NCBI GenBank assembly: GCA_964521535.1
Contig: CAZFSA010000003.1
Coordinates: 1 to 61,056, forward strand
Reading direction: 5' to 3'
Source: an uncultured Gemmatimonas sp.
GTDB taxonomy: Bacteria; Gemmatimonadota; Gemmatimonadetes; Gemmatimonadales; GWC2-71-9
DNA: 61,056 nucleotides
The notes below the pieces were generated by a model that was not told the DNA's origin, did not search any database, and saw nothing but the letters and a program-made list of their open reading frames with translations. The position numbers and the translations under genes are program-made. Positions 39,068-51,389 of the stretch are shown here, piece by piece (position 1 is the stretch's first letter; the number at the start of each line of letters is the position of its first letter).

Positions 39068-39428
39068 TGCAGTACCGCAGGCCACCGGGCCCCGGTCCGT
39101 CAGGGAAGACGTGCCCGAGGTGCGCGCCGCACCGCCGGCAGTGCACTTCGGTCCGGATCATCCCGTAGCTCCGATCAGTCTCCTCCTCTACCGCCCCCGG
39201 GCTGGCGGGCTCCGTGAAGCTCGGCCATCCGGTGCCGGAATCGAACTTCCGGTCCGAACGGAACAGCTCCGCGCCGCAGCAGACGCAGTGGTAGGCGCCC
39301 TCCTGGTGGCAGTCCCAGTAGGCTCCGGAGAAGGCCCGCTCGGTACCGTGCTCGCGGGTGACCCGGAACTGTTCCGGGGTCAGCTGGCGACGCCACTCGG
39401 CGTCGGATTTCGTGATCCGGTCGCTCAT
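39030..39428 (-). CDS. msrB: Peptide-methionine (R)-S-oxide reductase
   Basis: [33 protein letters not shown]. Confidence 0.97.
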   Translation of the reverse strand: MSDRITKSDAEWRRQLTPEQFRVTREHGTERAFSGAYWDCHQEGAYHCVCCGAELFRSDRKFDSGTGWPSFTEPASPGAVEEETDRSYGMIRTEVHCRRCGAHLGHVFPDGPGPGGLRYCINSVSLDLRPQP

Positions 39429-39465
39429 GAAGTCGAGGTTAGCCAGACCGCCCGGTGGGCGGTAG

Positions 39466-41586
<2,121 letters not shown>

Positions 41587-41607
41587 CGCCGCGGCCGGCG
41601 GTGGGTC

Positions 41608-42528
41608 CTAGCCGCGCCGCCGCCGTGCCAGATAGCGCTCGAAGCAGCGAAGCACCCAGCCGAAACCGCCGGGCTCGCGCACCCCGCCGATGGTCTCGTT
41701 GGCGTGGCGCCTGAGCATCCGCCCCAGCGCCGAGCCCGAGGTGAGCCCCACGGACCGGGCGATCATCCCGATTGGCTCGGTCGACCGCTCCAGCCGATAC
41801 GCCGCCGTGAGGAGCCGGCTCCAGGTGACGAGCGCGGCGAGGGGCGGCATCCCGGCGCGGCGGAGCTCGGCCGCCAGCTGGCGGGTGGTCAGCCCGACCG
41901 AGCGGGCGATGACCTCCGCGGGCGGCATCGCCGCCGCGCGGTCCAGCACGTAGCGGACGACCGGGATCAACGCCTCCGGGACGCGGCGTGACAGCGCCTG
42001 GTCGGTCAGCTGGTGGAAGGTGACGTCGGTCGCCCGGGTCAGGGCGCTCAGCAACCGCTGCTCCAGGTCCGAATCGTCGCGAAAGACGAGCGCCGAGATC
42101 CCGGCCCCCACCACCTCCCCGAACGCGGGCAGCGGCACCGCCCGGCGGTCGCACCAGAGCACGATCGGCATCCCGGGCCGATCGCGATGGATGGCCTCTA
42201 TGGCCCGCGTGGTCGGGCGCTTCCATCGATCGGTCACGTCCACCACCACCGCGAGGGCCTGACGCACTCCGGCCCGGGGGACCAGCTCGTCGAGGTCGTC
42301 GCACCAGACGATGTCGCCGAACGCCTTGCAGCTCTCGGCGAAGCGGGGGCGGAGCCCGGCGTCGGCCAGCTGGACCAGGATGTGGTGGACGCTGGTCAGC
42401 CCCCGGGCCTCGAGCGCCCGGGGTCCGGGACCGGCCGCCCGGCCCGGTCCCCCGTTCCCGGGCGACCCGGGCGGGCGGCCCTCCCCATACCAGGCGGCCG
42501 CCCGATCGGCAGCTGCGGTTCCCGTCAT
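41608..42528 (-). CDS. AraC-type regulator with receiver-like N-terminal region
   Basis: C-terminal double HTH ([12 protein letters not shown]; [17 protein letters not shown]); start uncertain. Confidence 0.7.
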   Translation of the reverse strand: MTGTAAADRAAAWYGEGRPPGSPGNGGPGRAAGPGPRALEARGLTSVHHILVQLADAGLRPRFAESCKAFGDIVWCDDLDELVPRAGVRQALAVVVDVTDRWKRPTTRAIEAIHRDRPGMPIVLWCDRRAVPLPAFGEVVGAGISALVFRDDSDLEQRLLSALTRATDVTFHQLTDQALSRRVPEALIPVVRYVLDRAAAMPPAEVIARSVGLTTRQLAAELRRAGMPPLAALVTWSRLLTAAYRLERSTEPIGMIARSVGLTSGSALGRMLRRHANETIGGVREPGGFGWVLRCFERYLARRRRG

Positions 42529-42775
42529 CCTGACCTCTCACCTGGGCTGCAAGCCCCTGCATCTCCGGCCCGCCATGCCGGACGCGCAGCGGTCCGAGGG
42601 CTGGCGTTTTGCCCCCCCGGCGCCATCGCGCCAGCTGCGGAGCGCGCCGCCAACCCGTTGCTCCCCAGGCACCTGGCCCAGGAGCAGGCTTGAATCCGGA
42701 ATCTGGTCGGCAAGGGGCGGGCCGGGGCCAAACCAGGCCGCGCCCCGCCGAACACCGGGTTCGACGGGCCGGGGC

Positions 42776-44104
42776 CTAGGCGGGCAGGCTCTCGACCCCG
42801 GCGGCGGTGATCCGATGCGTGATCAGCGGAGCCGGATGGGCGGTGTCCCCGATGACGATCGCCTGCCGCACCGCGGCGAGAGCCCGCATCGCCGCGTCGG
42901 GCGTGCCGGCATGCACCTCTGCCAGGGGCGCCCCGGGCGTGACCGGGTCGCCGGGCTTGGCGTAGACGAGGATCCCGACGGCCGGGTCGATCCGATCGTC
43001 CGTTCGGGTGCGTCCCCCTCCCAGCTCAACGATCGCATGGCCGATGGCCCGGGGCTCGACCTGGCAGATCACGCCGGTCCGCTCGGAGAGGAGCCGCTCG
43101 CGGACCGGGGCCCGGGGAAGGCGGTCCGGTCGCTCGATCACGCGGGGATCGCCACCCTGAGCTTCGACGATGCGCCGGAAGCGCTCCAGTGCCCGGCCTG
43201 ACGTCACGGTGTCCTCGGCCCGGCGACGGGCGGCAGCGGGGTCGGACTCCGCTCCCCCCGCAAGCAGCATCTCGGTCGCGAGCGCGAACGTCACTTCCAT
43301 CAGATCGGCCGGGCCGCGCCCGGACAACCCGTCGATCGCCTCCGCCACCTCCAGGGCGTTGCCACAGGCCACCCCCAGCGGTCGGTCCATGGCGGTGAGC
43401 AGCGCCACTGTGCGGCAGCCATGCGCCTCACCCAGCTCGATCATGGTGCGGGCCAGGACCAGCGACTCCGCCGGATCGGTGATGAAGGCTCCACTTCCGG
43501 TCTTGATGTCGAGCACCAGCGCGGTCAGGCTCTCGGCCAGCTTCTTGGCCATGATGCTGGCCGCGATGAGCGGAATCGATTCGACGGTGCCGGTCACGTC
43601 CCGCAGGGCATAGAGCTTCCGGTCGGCGGGCACCAGCTCCTCGGTCTGCCCCAGGAACACGGCCCCCAGCCGCTCCAACTGCAACCTCGCCTGGGCGAGC
43701 GTCAGCCCGGTGCGGAAGCCGGGAATCGCCTCCAGCTTGTCGAGGGTACCGCCGGTATGGCCCAGGCCGCGGCCGGAGATCATCGGGACCGCAAGCCCCG
43801 CCTCGGCCACCATCGGGGCGAGCAGGAGCGAGGTCTTGTCGCCCACGCCGCCGATCGAGTGTTTGTCCACCCGGGCCACGGGCCAGTCGGCCAGATCGAA
43901 ACGCTCGCCCGACCGCAACATGGCGCCCGTGAGCGCGGCAAGCTCCCGGGGGGTGAGCCCGCGGAAGAACACTGCCATGGCGAGCGCCGCCATCTGGTAA
44001 TCGGGAACCCGGCCGGCCACGTAGTCGGTGATCAACTGCTCCCATTCGGGCGGGTCGATCGTGCCGCCATCGCGCTTCCGCTCGATCAGTCGCACCACGT
44101 TCAC
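42776..44104 (-). CDS. pdp: Pyrimidine-nucleoside/thymidine phosphorylase
   Basis: PDYQMAA, DKHSxGGVGDK, SGRGLGHTGGTLDKLE, ADRKLYALRDVT, SIMAKKLA. Confidence 0.95.
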   Translation of the reverse strand: MNVVRLIERKRDGGTIDPPEWEQLITDYVAGRVPDYQMAALAMAVFFRGLTPRELAALTGAMLRSGERFDLADWPVARVDKHSIGGVGDKTSLLLAPMVAEAGLAVPMISGRGLGHTGGTLDKLEAIPGFRTGLTLAQARLQLERLGAVFLGQTEELVPADRKLYALRDVTGTVESIPLIAASIMAKKLAESLTALVLDIKTGSGAFITDPAESLVLARTMIELGEAHGCRTVALLTAMDRPLGVACGNALEVAEAIDGLSGRGPADLMEVTFALATEMLLAGGAESDPAAARRRAEDTVTSGRALERFRRIVEAQGGDPRVIERPDRLPRAPVRERLLSERTGVICQVEPRAIGHAIVELGGGRTRTDDRIDPAVGILVYAKPGDPVTPGAPLAEVHAGTPDAAMRALAAVRQAIVIGDTAHPAPLITHRITAAGVESLPA

Positions 44105-44151
44105 CGGGACGCTCCCGCGGACGGCGTGGAGCCCCGCCTATATTGCGGCCG

Positions 44152-45174
44152 ATGAAACCGGTGATCCTGGCGCTCGGGTTGCTGGCGGCCCTGAGCCGCC
44201 CGGTCCGCCCCCAGTCGCTCGACCAGCTGGTCGCGTGGGGGCGGGCTGTGGCGGAGACCGCGCCGGACGCTGCCCTGCGCTACTTCGAGGAGGCACTCCG
44301 CGCCGATTCGCTCCACTACGAGGCCAATTGGCGGGCGGCGGTGGCAGCGGTCGAACTCGGGCAGGAGACGCCGGATTCGGTCCCGAGCCCATTCCGGGAC
44401 TCGCTCTACGCCCGGGCCGAGCGGCTGGCCCGGCGCGCGGTGGCGATCGACTCCGTGGCGGTCGATGGCAACTTCGCGCTGGCCATGGCGCTCGGCCGGG
44501 CCGCGTTGACCCGGAGTCGCCGGGAGCGCCTGGCCTACGCCCTCGACATCCACGCCGCCGCCACGCGGGCCCTGGCGGCCCAACCCCGCCACGACGGGGC
44601 CCATCACGTGATGGGGCTCTGGCACGCCGAGGTCATGCGGGTCTCGGGGTTCAACCGGTTCATGGCGCGGAATCTCCTCGGCGCAAGCCTGCTCGGCCAG
44701 GCGAGCTGGGCCCGGGCGATCGAGCACCTGGAGAGGGCGGTCGCGCTGGACCCCACCCGGATCTACCACCGACTGGATCTGGCGCGGGTGTACGTGAACC
44801 GGCGCCGCTACCGGGACGCCAGGGCGCAGCTGCTCGCGATCCACGATCTGCCCGATCGGGTGCGGCTCGACAGCCGCTACCGCGAGGAGGCGAGGGCCCT
44901 GCTGGCGGCGATCGCCCCCAGGGCGGCGGAGGAGGAACGCAAGGCCGAGGAGCGGGCCCGCGCCCGGCCGGACTCAGCCCTGACGGAGCCGGCGACGGAC
45001 CCGACGCCGCATCTCCTGGACGTCGTCGCCGATCCGGTCCCGGGCGTCCTCGAGGCCGCGTCGGATCTGCTTGCGGAGGTCCCGTCCCGAGGCCGGCGCG
45101 ACGAGGAGGGCGGCGCCCGCACCAACCACGATCCCCACCAGCAATCCGACCGCGAAGCCGCTGGCCCGACCTGA
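44152..45174 (+). CDS. Secreted TPR-repeat protein
   Basis: Signal peptide, helical repeats (HLERAVALDP...HRLDLARVY); C-terminal tail overlaps the opposite-strand gene. Confidence 0.75.
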   Translation: MKPVILALGLLAALSRPVRPQSLDQLVAWGRAVAETAPDAALRYFEEALRADSLHYEANWRAAVAAVELGQETPDSVPSPFRDSLYARAERLARRAVAIDSVAVDGNFALAMALGRAALTRSRRERLAYALDIHAAATRALAAQPRHDGAHHVMGLWHAEVMRVSGFNRFMARNLLGASLLGQASWARAIEHLERAVALDPTRIYHRLDLARVYVNRRRYRDARAQLLAIHDLPDRVRLDSRYREEARALLAAIAPRAAEEERKAEERARARPDSALTEPATDPTPHLLDVVADPVPGVLEAASDLLAEVPSRGRRDEEGGARTNHDPHQQSDREAAGPT

Positions 45175-45252
45175 ACCTATTGTTCCCTCGTCCTCCAGGT
45201 CCTCTTCTCCGAGGTCTTCGTCGTCGAGGTCGGTGTCGTCACGATCGCGCAT
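44974..45252 (-). CDS. YtxH-domain protein
   Basis: GFAVGLLVGIVVGAGAALLVAPASGRDLR. Confidence 0.85.
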   Translation of the reverse strand: MRDRDDTDLDDEDLGEEDLEDEGTIGSGRASGFAVGLLVGIVVGAGAALLVAPASGRDLRKQIRRGLEDARDRIGDDVQEMRRRVRRRLRQG

Positions 45253-45351
45253 GATCCAAACTACCCCGGCCGACGGAGCGTATCAACCGAACCGCGCCGA
45301 CACCCGGCTTGACCTGCGCGCGGGCCAGCCAGCATCTTGAGGGCCCCGACC

Positions 45352-46134
45352 ATGACCGCGTCAGCCGCCCGGCCGTTGCCAACGGACTCCGACCGTCTCC
45401 AGGCACGGATCGCCGAGCTGGAGGCCGACCGGCGAAGGCTGCTGGCAGTGATCGAGCTGCTCCGGGAGCTGAGCGGCGCCCTGCACTATCGGGACATCGT
45501 TCAGGCGGTCGCGCGGCGCCTGGGCCACGCCCTCGGGCTGGACCGGTGCTCGGTGTTCCTGATCGAGCGCTCTCGCGGCACGGTGCACCTGGTGGCGAGC
45601 TACGAGGATCCCACCCTCCGAAACCAGGTCGTGGACCTGGCCCGGTATCCCGAGCTCAAGCAGGCCCTCGATACCGGCGAAGTCGTGAGCATTCCCGACG
45701 CCGCGGCCGAGCGGACCCTCGAGCCGGTGCGCGACGTGCTGTCGATCCGGCGGGTGCGTTCGATCGCCGTGGTCCCGATTCGGTGGAAGGGTGCGCCGAT
45801 CGGCGCCATCTTCCTGCGCACTGACCGGACCCGCCCACCCCTCGAACCGGCCGATCTCCAGCTGGCCCGGACCGTGTCAGAGGTCACCGCGAGCGCGCTC
45901 CGCCACGCCAACCGGATCGAGCGGCTCGAAAGCCGGCTCCGGGGCGGGCGGCGGGCGCTGGCGCTGGATCGGGAGCGGGCCGCCCTGCTGGAATTCACGC
46001 GCCGCCTGCTGGCGGCGTTCGCGAGCCGCGAGCAGGATCAGGAAGCCGGGCTGGTGCCGCGCGCCGGCGACGCGGAGCTGGAGCGATTGGTGGGGGTCGC
46101 CCTGCGGGTGCTCGAGCGCGAAGCGACGCGATGA
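45352..46134 (+). CDS. GAF-domain protein
   Basis: Coiled coil, then LGLDRCSVFL...YPEL..AL.TGEVV.IPD...RSIAVVPI. Confidence 0.8.
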   Translation: MTASAARPLPTDSDRLQARIAELEADRRRLLAVIELLRELSGALHYRDIVQAVARRLGHALGLDRCSVFLIERSRGTVHLVASYEDPTLRNQVVDLARYPELKQALDTGEVVSIPDAAAERTLEPVRDVLSIRRVRSIAVVPIRWKGAPIGAIFLRTDRTRPPLEPADLQLARTVSEVTASALRHANRIERLESRLRGGRRALALDRERAALLEFTRRLLAAFASREQDQEAGLVPRAGDAELERLVGVALRVLEREATR

Positions 46135-48155
46135 GCCGTCCGCCGGCCGAGGCCCGCGAGCGGGCGGCCGAGCTGAGGCGCCTGATCGACCGGGCCAACT
46201 ATCTCTACTACGTCGAGGACGCGCCCGAAATCTCGGACGCGGAGTGGGACCGACTCTTCCACGAGCTCAAGGAGCTGGAGGGCCGGTATCCCTCGCTGGC
46301 GACCCCCGACAGCCCCACGCGGCGGGTCGGGGCCGAGCCGCAGTCGGCCCTCCGGAAGCATCGCCATCACCGCCCGATGCTGTCCCTGGCCAACGCCTTT
46401 TCCGACGAGGAGCTGGCCGCGTGGGAGGAGCGGAACGCCCGGATCAACCCGGACGTACGGAACGCCGGCTACACCACCGAGGTCAAGATCGACGGCGCAG
46501 CCGTGAGCCTCACCTATCGGGACGGCGAGCTCACGGTCGGCGCCACTCGGGGGAACGGGCTGGTCGGCGAGGACGTGACCCCGAACCTCCGGACCATCAC
46601 CGACGTGCCGCTGGTGCTGGCCGGGACCGGGCACCCGCCGCTGGTGGAGATCCGGGGCGAGGTCTACCTCCCGGCCACCGCGTTCCGGCGGCTGAACGAG
46701 CGCCGCGACGCCGAGGGCGAGCCCCGCTTCGCCAACCCCCGCAACGCGGCCGCCGGAAGCCTGCGACAGCTCGACCCCTCGGTCACCCGAAGTCGCCGCC
46801 TCCGGATGTTCGCCTTCCACCTGGAAGTGATCGAGGGTCGGCTCGACATCGCGACCCATCACGAGGTTCTGGCTCTGCTGGCCCGGTGGGGGTTCCGGGT
46901 GGAGCCGCACCACCGCCGCTTCCGGACCCTGGCCGAGGTCCAGGCGGCGATCCCCGAATACGAGGCGCTCCTCGACTCGCTCCCCTTCGAAGCCGATGGG
47001 GTCGTGGTCAAGGTCGACAACCGCGCCCTTCAGGAGGACCTGGGGGTGGTCGGCGGCCGGGAGCCCCGGTGGGAGATCGCCAGGAAGTTCGCGCCCGAGG
47101 TGGTGGTGACCCGACTCCGGCGGATCCGGATCAACGTGGGCCGAACGGGCGCCCTCAATCCGTACGCCGAGCTGGAGCCGGTCGAGGTGGGAGGGGTGAC
47201 CGTCTCCAGCGCCACGCTCCACAACGAGGATCTGATCGCCCAGAAGGACATCCGCGAGGGCGACTGGGTGGAGGTGATGCGCGCCGGCGAGGTCATCCCC
47301 CAGGTCGTCGGACCGCTTCGGGAGCGGCGGGATGGAACCGAGCGCGCCTGGACCCCGCCGGCCTCGTGCCCGGCGTGCGGTACCCGGACCGTGCGCCCCC
47401 CCGACGAGGCAATGCGCTACTGCCCCAATGCCGCCTGTCCGGGGAGGGTCTTCGAGAGCATCGTTCACTTCGCCTCCCGCGAGGCGATGGATATCCGGGG
47501 ACTCGGGTACGAGCGGGTCCGCCAGCTCCTGGACGCGGGCCTGATCCGGGACGTGAGCGATCTCTACGCGCTCACGGTCGATCAGCTGGTCGCGCTGGAT
47601 CGCTTTGCCGAGCAGTCGGCATCGCAGCTGGTGCAGGCGATCGCGGATTCGAAGCGCCAGCCCCTGTCTCTGCTCCTGTTCGGGCTGGGGATTCGGCATG
47701 TGGGCAAGACGGTGGCGCAACTCCTGGCTCGACGGTTCGGCACTCTCCCGGCCCTCGCCGCCGCCAGCGCCGAGGAGATCGCACAGGTGCCAGGAATCGG
47801 CCCCACGATCGCGGAGGCCGTGGTGGAGTTCTTCGCCATGCCCGAGAATCAGAAGCTGATCGAGAGGCTGAGTCGGGCCGGGGTCAACTTCAGCGAGCCC
47901 ACTGCTACCCGCGGGGCGGGGGTCTTCGACGGGAAGAGTTTCGTGCTGACCGGCACCCTGCCGACCCTCTCCCGCGCGGCAGCGACCGCGCTGATTGAGG
48001 GGGCCGGGGGCCGGATCTCCAGTACGGTGAGCCGCAAGACCGATTTCGTGGTGGCTGGCGAGGAGGCCGGCGGCAAGCTCGAAAAGGCCCGGGCCCTGGG
48101 CGTGACCGTGATCGACGAGACGGAACTCTTGCGTCGCCTCGGCACCACGTCCTAG
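46131..48155 (+). CDS. ligA: NAD-dependent DNA ligase
   Basis: KIDG, ATRGNG..GEDVT, ANPRNAAAGSLRQLD, C4 zinc finger, HhH, BRCT. Confidence 0.98.
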   Translation: MSRPPAEARERAAELRRLIDRANYLYYVEDAPEISDAEWDRLFHELKELEGRYPSLATPDSPTRRVGAEPQSALRKHRHHRPMLSLANAFSDEELAAWEERNARINPDVRNAGYTTEVKIDGAAVSLTYRDGELTVGATRGNGLVGEDVTPNLRTITDVPLVLAGTGHPPLVEIRGEVYLPATAFRRLNERRDAEGEPRFANPRNAAAGSLRQLDPSVTRSRRLRMFAFHLEVIEGRLDIATHHEVLALLARWGFRVEPHHRRFRTLAEVQAAIPEYEALLDSLPFEADGVVVKVDNRALQEDLGVVGGREPRWEIARKFAPEVVVTRLRRIRINVGRTGALNPYAELEPVEVGGVTVSSATLHNEDLIAQKDIREGDWVEVMRAGEVIPQVVGPLRERRDGTERAWTPPASCPACGTRTVRPPDEAMRYCPNAACPGRVFESIVHFASREAMDIRGLGYERVRQLLDAGLIRDVSDLYALTVDQLVALDRFAEQSASQLVQAIADSKRQPLSLLLFGLGIRHVGKTVAQLLARRFGTLPALAAASAEEIAQVPGIGPTIAEAVVEFFAMPENQKLIERLSRAGVNFSEPTATRGAGVFDGKSFVLTGTLPTLSRAAATALIEGAGGRISSTVSRKTDFVVAGEEAGGKLEKARALGVTVIDETELLRRLGTTS

Positions 48156-48165
48156 CTTCGACGCC

Positions 48166-48720
48166 ATGTCCACTGCCCTGTCGGTCCCGCGCCTGGCCCT
48201 TGGTCGGGCGGCGTTGCTCAGGCTTCGCGACGTGCTCGAACGGATTTCCCCGGAGCAGGCCCCGAGCCTGCTCCGCGAAGTGGGCTTCGCGGCCGGCGAG
48301 GCGCTGTACGGCGGGTTCGTGGCCTCGGTCTCCGAACGGTTCGGGGTGGAGGCGCCCCAGGGACTCGACGCCCGCTATCTGAGCGATGCCCTGGGCGGGT
48401 TCTTCCGGGACGAGGGATGGGGCACGGCCACCAGCGAGCAGCTGGCGCGCGGCATCCTGGCGTTCGACAGCCCGGACTGGAGTGAGGCCGACGCCCGCGG
48501 GGCGCCGTTTCCGTCGTGCCACTTCTCGACCGGGATGCTGTCCGACTTCTTCACCCGCCTCGGGGGCCAGCCGGCGGCCGTGCTGGAGGTGGAGTGCCGG
48601 AGTCGGGGCGATGCCCGCTGCCGGTTCCTCATCGGGGGTCCGGACATGCTGAACTGGGTCTACCAGGGACTGGCCGCGGGCACGCCCTACCCCGACCTGG
48701 TAGCCCGCGCGGCCCGCTAG
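48166..48720 (+). CDS. V4R (4-vinyl reductase-like) domain protein
   Basis: GWG, SCHFSTGML, EVECRSRGDARCRF. Confidence 0.8.
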   Translation: MSTALSVPRLALGRAALLRLRDVLERISPEQAPSLLREVGFAAGEALYGGFVASVSERFGVEAPQGLDARYLSDALGGFFRDEGWGTATSEQLARGILAFDSPDWSEADARGAPFPSCHFSTGMLSDFFTRLGGQPAAVLEVECRSRGDARCRFLIGGPDMLNWVYQGLAAGTPYPDLVARAAR

Positions 48721-48747
48721 GCGATCGACGGCACGGCGGCGTTGGGG

Positions 48748-50025
48748 CTACGAGCCCCGGCTGAGGTCCAGCCCCTCCACCACCAGGGACGGAAGCTGCC
48801 AGGCGCCGCGCCACTCGGCGTCGCGACCGACGGCCAATACCCTCGCCAGCAGGTCGAACGCGTTCCCGGAGACCACGGCATCGGGAAGGCGCCCCACGAT
48901 CTCGCCGCCACGAAGCAGAAAGGTCCACGGGGCGCGGGCGCGGAACACCCCGGACAGACGCGACGGCGCCGGCCCCCAGGGCAGATCCAGAACCACCAGA
49001 CCGTCTCCCACGGCCGCCGCGAGTTGCTCGTCGGTGGCATCCCCAGCGAGGAGCCGAACGTTGGAGAAGCCGGCGCGCGGGGCACCCAGCGTCCGCCGAA
49101 CGCCATGACCGGTCGCGGGCAGCCCGGAACGGCAGGCAGCCATCAGATCCAGGATGCCCTGCCTGGGCTTCCCCGCGTCGACCAGGACTATCGGCCGCGT
49201 CGGAACGCCGTCGTCGCAGATCGGCCGGCTGCCGGGCCGGCAGGGCACCAGCGGATCATCCACCAGTGACAGCGCAGGGTCGAGCGCAAACGACTCCCGG
49301 CCGTCGCCAACCCAGACCTCGCCGGTCAGGCGGCCGAGCACCGGCCAGAGCAGGGTGCGGACCGCGGCGGGCATGAGCCACGCCCGGGTCGGCCCATCCT
49401 CCTCGGGCTCCACGACCGGCCACCCGAGCCAGTGGTCGATCGATCCGGCCAATGCCGCCACCGCATCGAGACCGACGGCAGCAGTCTCGATCGCCTCGAC
49501 CCGAAGGGGGGAATCGGGCGGAGCATCGGACGTCCGAACCACCGCGCCCACCCCCCAGATCGCGCGAGGGTAGCGAGCGGCCACCCCACGGGTGTTGGCC
49601 ACAGCCACGGACCCCCACGATTGCTGAGCCCAGACCTCCACCCGGCGGCCGGGCCGGGCGACCCGGTCGCGAAGCGCCCGCGCCACCGCCAGGATCTCGG
49701 GAGGGTCAATTCGATAGCCGGCCGACCGGACGGTGGTCACCTCGGGCAACGCCGAAGGGGCCGGAAGCATCAGCTCCAGCGCCTCGCCGGAGCGGGCCGA
49801 TCGAAGGGCTGCCTCGACCACCGCTGCGGGGGTCGCAGCGGACCCCCCAGCCCACCCGACCCGGCCGGCCGCGGCCACGCGAACGTGGAGGCCCGCGAGG
49901 TCGTCGGCTTCAACCGCTACGTCACCGGCGCCATCCAGGACCACGGTGAGGGTGTTGTCGGTGGTGTGAACGAGGTCTGCAGCGGCCGCGCGGCGGGACA
50001 GCTCTTCGGCCAGGGCGGCGATCAT
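48748..50025 (-). CDS. pmbA: PmbA/TldE-family protein
   Basis: VANTRG, DDP...SRPICDDGVPT, TGHG, SNVRL..G, VSGNAFDLL. Confidence 0.75.
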   Translation of the reverse strand: MIAALAEELSRRAAAADLVHTTDNTLTVVLDGAGDVAVEADDLAGLHVRVAAAGRVGWAGGSAATPAAVVEAALRSARSGEALELMLPAPSALPEVTTVRSAGYRIDPPEILAVARALRDRVARPGRRVEVWAQQSWGSVAVANTRGVAARYPRAIWGVGAVVRTSDAPPDSPLRVEAIETAAVGLDAVAALAGSIDHWLGWPVVEPEEDGPTRAWLMPAAVRTLLWPVLGRLTGEVWVGDGRESFALDPALSLVDDPLVPCRPGSRPICDDGVPTRPIVLVDAGKPRQGILDLMAACRSGLPATGHGVRRTLGAPRAGFSNVRLLAGDATDEQLAAAVGDGLVVLDLPWGPAPSRLSGVFRARAPWTFLLRGGEIVGRLPDAVVSGNAFDLLARVLAVGRDAEWRGAWQLPSLVVEGLDLSRGS

Positions 50026-51389
50026 GCGTACACGGCGCCAATGTCCAGATCGAGGAACCGGGTGTGGGGGGCGCCGGTGGTGACGGCACGGCGGGGGTTC
50101 GCTCCCTCATGGAGCTGCGAGGCGCTGGCATCCCAGACGAAATCAGCGGCCACCGAGTCGAGCCGGCCGAAGAGGGTGAAGAGATCGGCGCCGATCGCGG
50201 GGCACCTCACCGCCTCCCCAAGCTCGCCTCCCCGGATCACGCGGGCCAGGCCGGGCACCAGGGTGACCCGGCGGCCTTCGGACCCCACTACCAGGACGTC
50301 GCTCAGGTAGAGCCCCTCGCCCGTCTCCGCGATCAGCCGGTCGGCAGGGACCAGCCCGCGGGCCAGGTAGGTGTTGGTCGGCCGGGCGCCGGGAACGGCG
50401 CGCAGGGCCGGCGCGAGGGCGTGTCCGGTTGGGGCGGCACCGTCGCGGGCGGCCGTCTCCCGGGTGTGCAGATGGCCAACGACCACCCCGTGTCGGACCA
50501 GCACGGTATTGCTGACCGGGGTCCCCTCATCGTCCAGAAACAGGCTGGTCCTGAGCCCCGAGGCAGTCGGATCATCGCCGATCGAGAGACACTCCGGGCC
50601 GATCCGGCTGCCGAGCGAGAGCACATCCCGCTCATGGCCGCGGGACGCGGCCCGGCAGTGATCGGCGACGGCCTGGAGCACCAGCGCGCCGGAAGCGCGG
50701 GGATCGAGAATCACCTGGTACCGGCCCGACTTCACGGGCCGGGCGTGGAGGCGCTGCACCGCCTGCTCCACCACGCCGCGGAAGACGTTGTCGCGGGTGC
50801 GGACCGCTGTCCAGCCGCCCTCAACGGCCACCGAATCGACCGCCCGCTCGGTCGCGCCACCTTCGCTGGCCACCACCAGCCCCCCCAACGCGGCCTCCGC
50901 CCTCAACTCGTGGAGCCAGGCGCCCTCGCTGGTCGCCAGCCAGGTCTCCCGGACGGTATCGCTGTAGGTGGTTCGGGAATCGACGATCCGCCGGTCGGCC
51001 CCGAGAAGCTCGCCGGTGAGCTGCTCCAGGAAGCGGCGCTTCTCATCGAGCGGCACCAGTCTCGGGTCGTCGTCCAGCGGCCCGGCACGGTCAATCTGCC
51101 GGATCGGGATCGGCGCCAGCGCGATGGGCACTCCCGGTCGCAGCTCGAGCGACAACTCCCGAGCGCGCCGAACCGCGGCCGCGGCCCGGTCCACGGCGCT
51201 GAAGGCCACGGCTCCCCAGCCATGACCCGGCATCAGACAGCGGACCACCCCACCCAGCAGGTCGGCCTCGGCCGCGACCTCGGGACGAAGGCGCCGATAG
51301 ACGATCGAGGTCGTCCACCGGTGGCGGAGGCGAATCTCGCAGTAGCCGTCGGAGGCCAGCTCGAGGGCCGCCTGGAGCTCCTCCTGCAT
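50022..51389 (-). CDS. tldD: TldD-family protein (catalytic motif degenerate)
   Basis: GRYQVILDP, DDPT...DDEGTP, PTGHA, RPTNTYL, TGAPH. Confidence 0.75.
   Translation of the reverse strand: MQEELQAALELASDGYCEIRLRHRWTTSIVYRRLRPEVAAEADLLGGVVRCLMPGHGWGAVAFSAVDRAAAAVRRARELSLELRPGVPIALAPIPIRQIDRAGPLDDDPRLVPLDEKRRFLEQLTGELLGADRRIVDSRTTYSDTVRETWLATSEGAWLHELRAEAALGGLVVASEGGATERAVDSVAVEGGWTAVRTRDNVFRGVVEQAVQRLHARPVKSGRYQVILDPRASGALVLQAVADHCRAASRGHERDVLSLGSRIGPECLSIGDDPTASGLRTSLFLDDEGTPVSNTVLVRHGVVVGHLHTRETAARDGAAPTGHALAPALRAVPGARPTNTYLARGLVPADRLIAETGEGLYLSDVLVVGSEGRRVTLVPGLARVIRGGELGEAVRCPAIGADLFTLFGRLDSVAADFVWDASASQLHEGANPRRAVTTGAPHTRFLDLDIGAVYA

Noticed and set aside
48166-48720. bchJ / photosynthesis gene
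   Set aside because: V4R domain only; no bacteriochlorophyll or reaction-centre genes in the window
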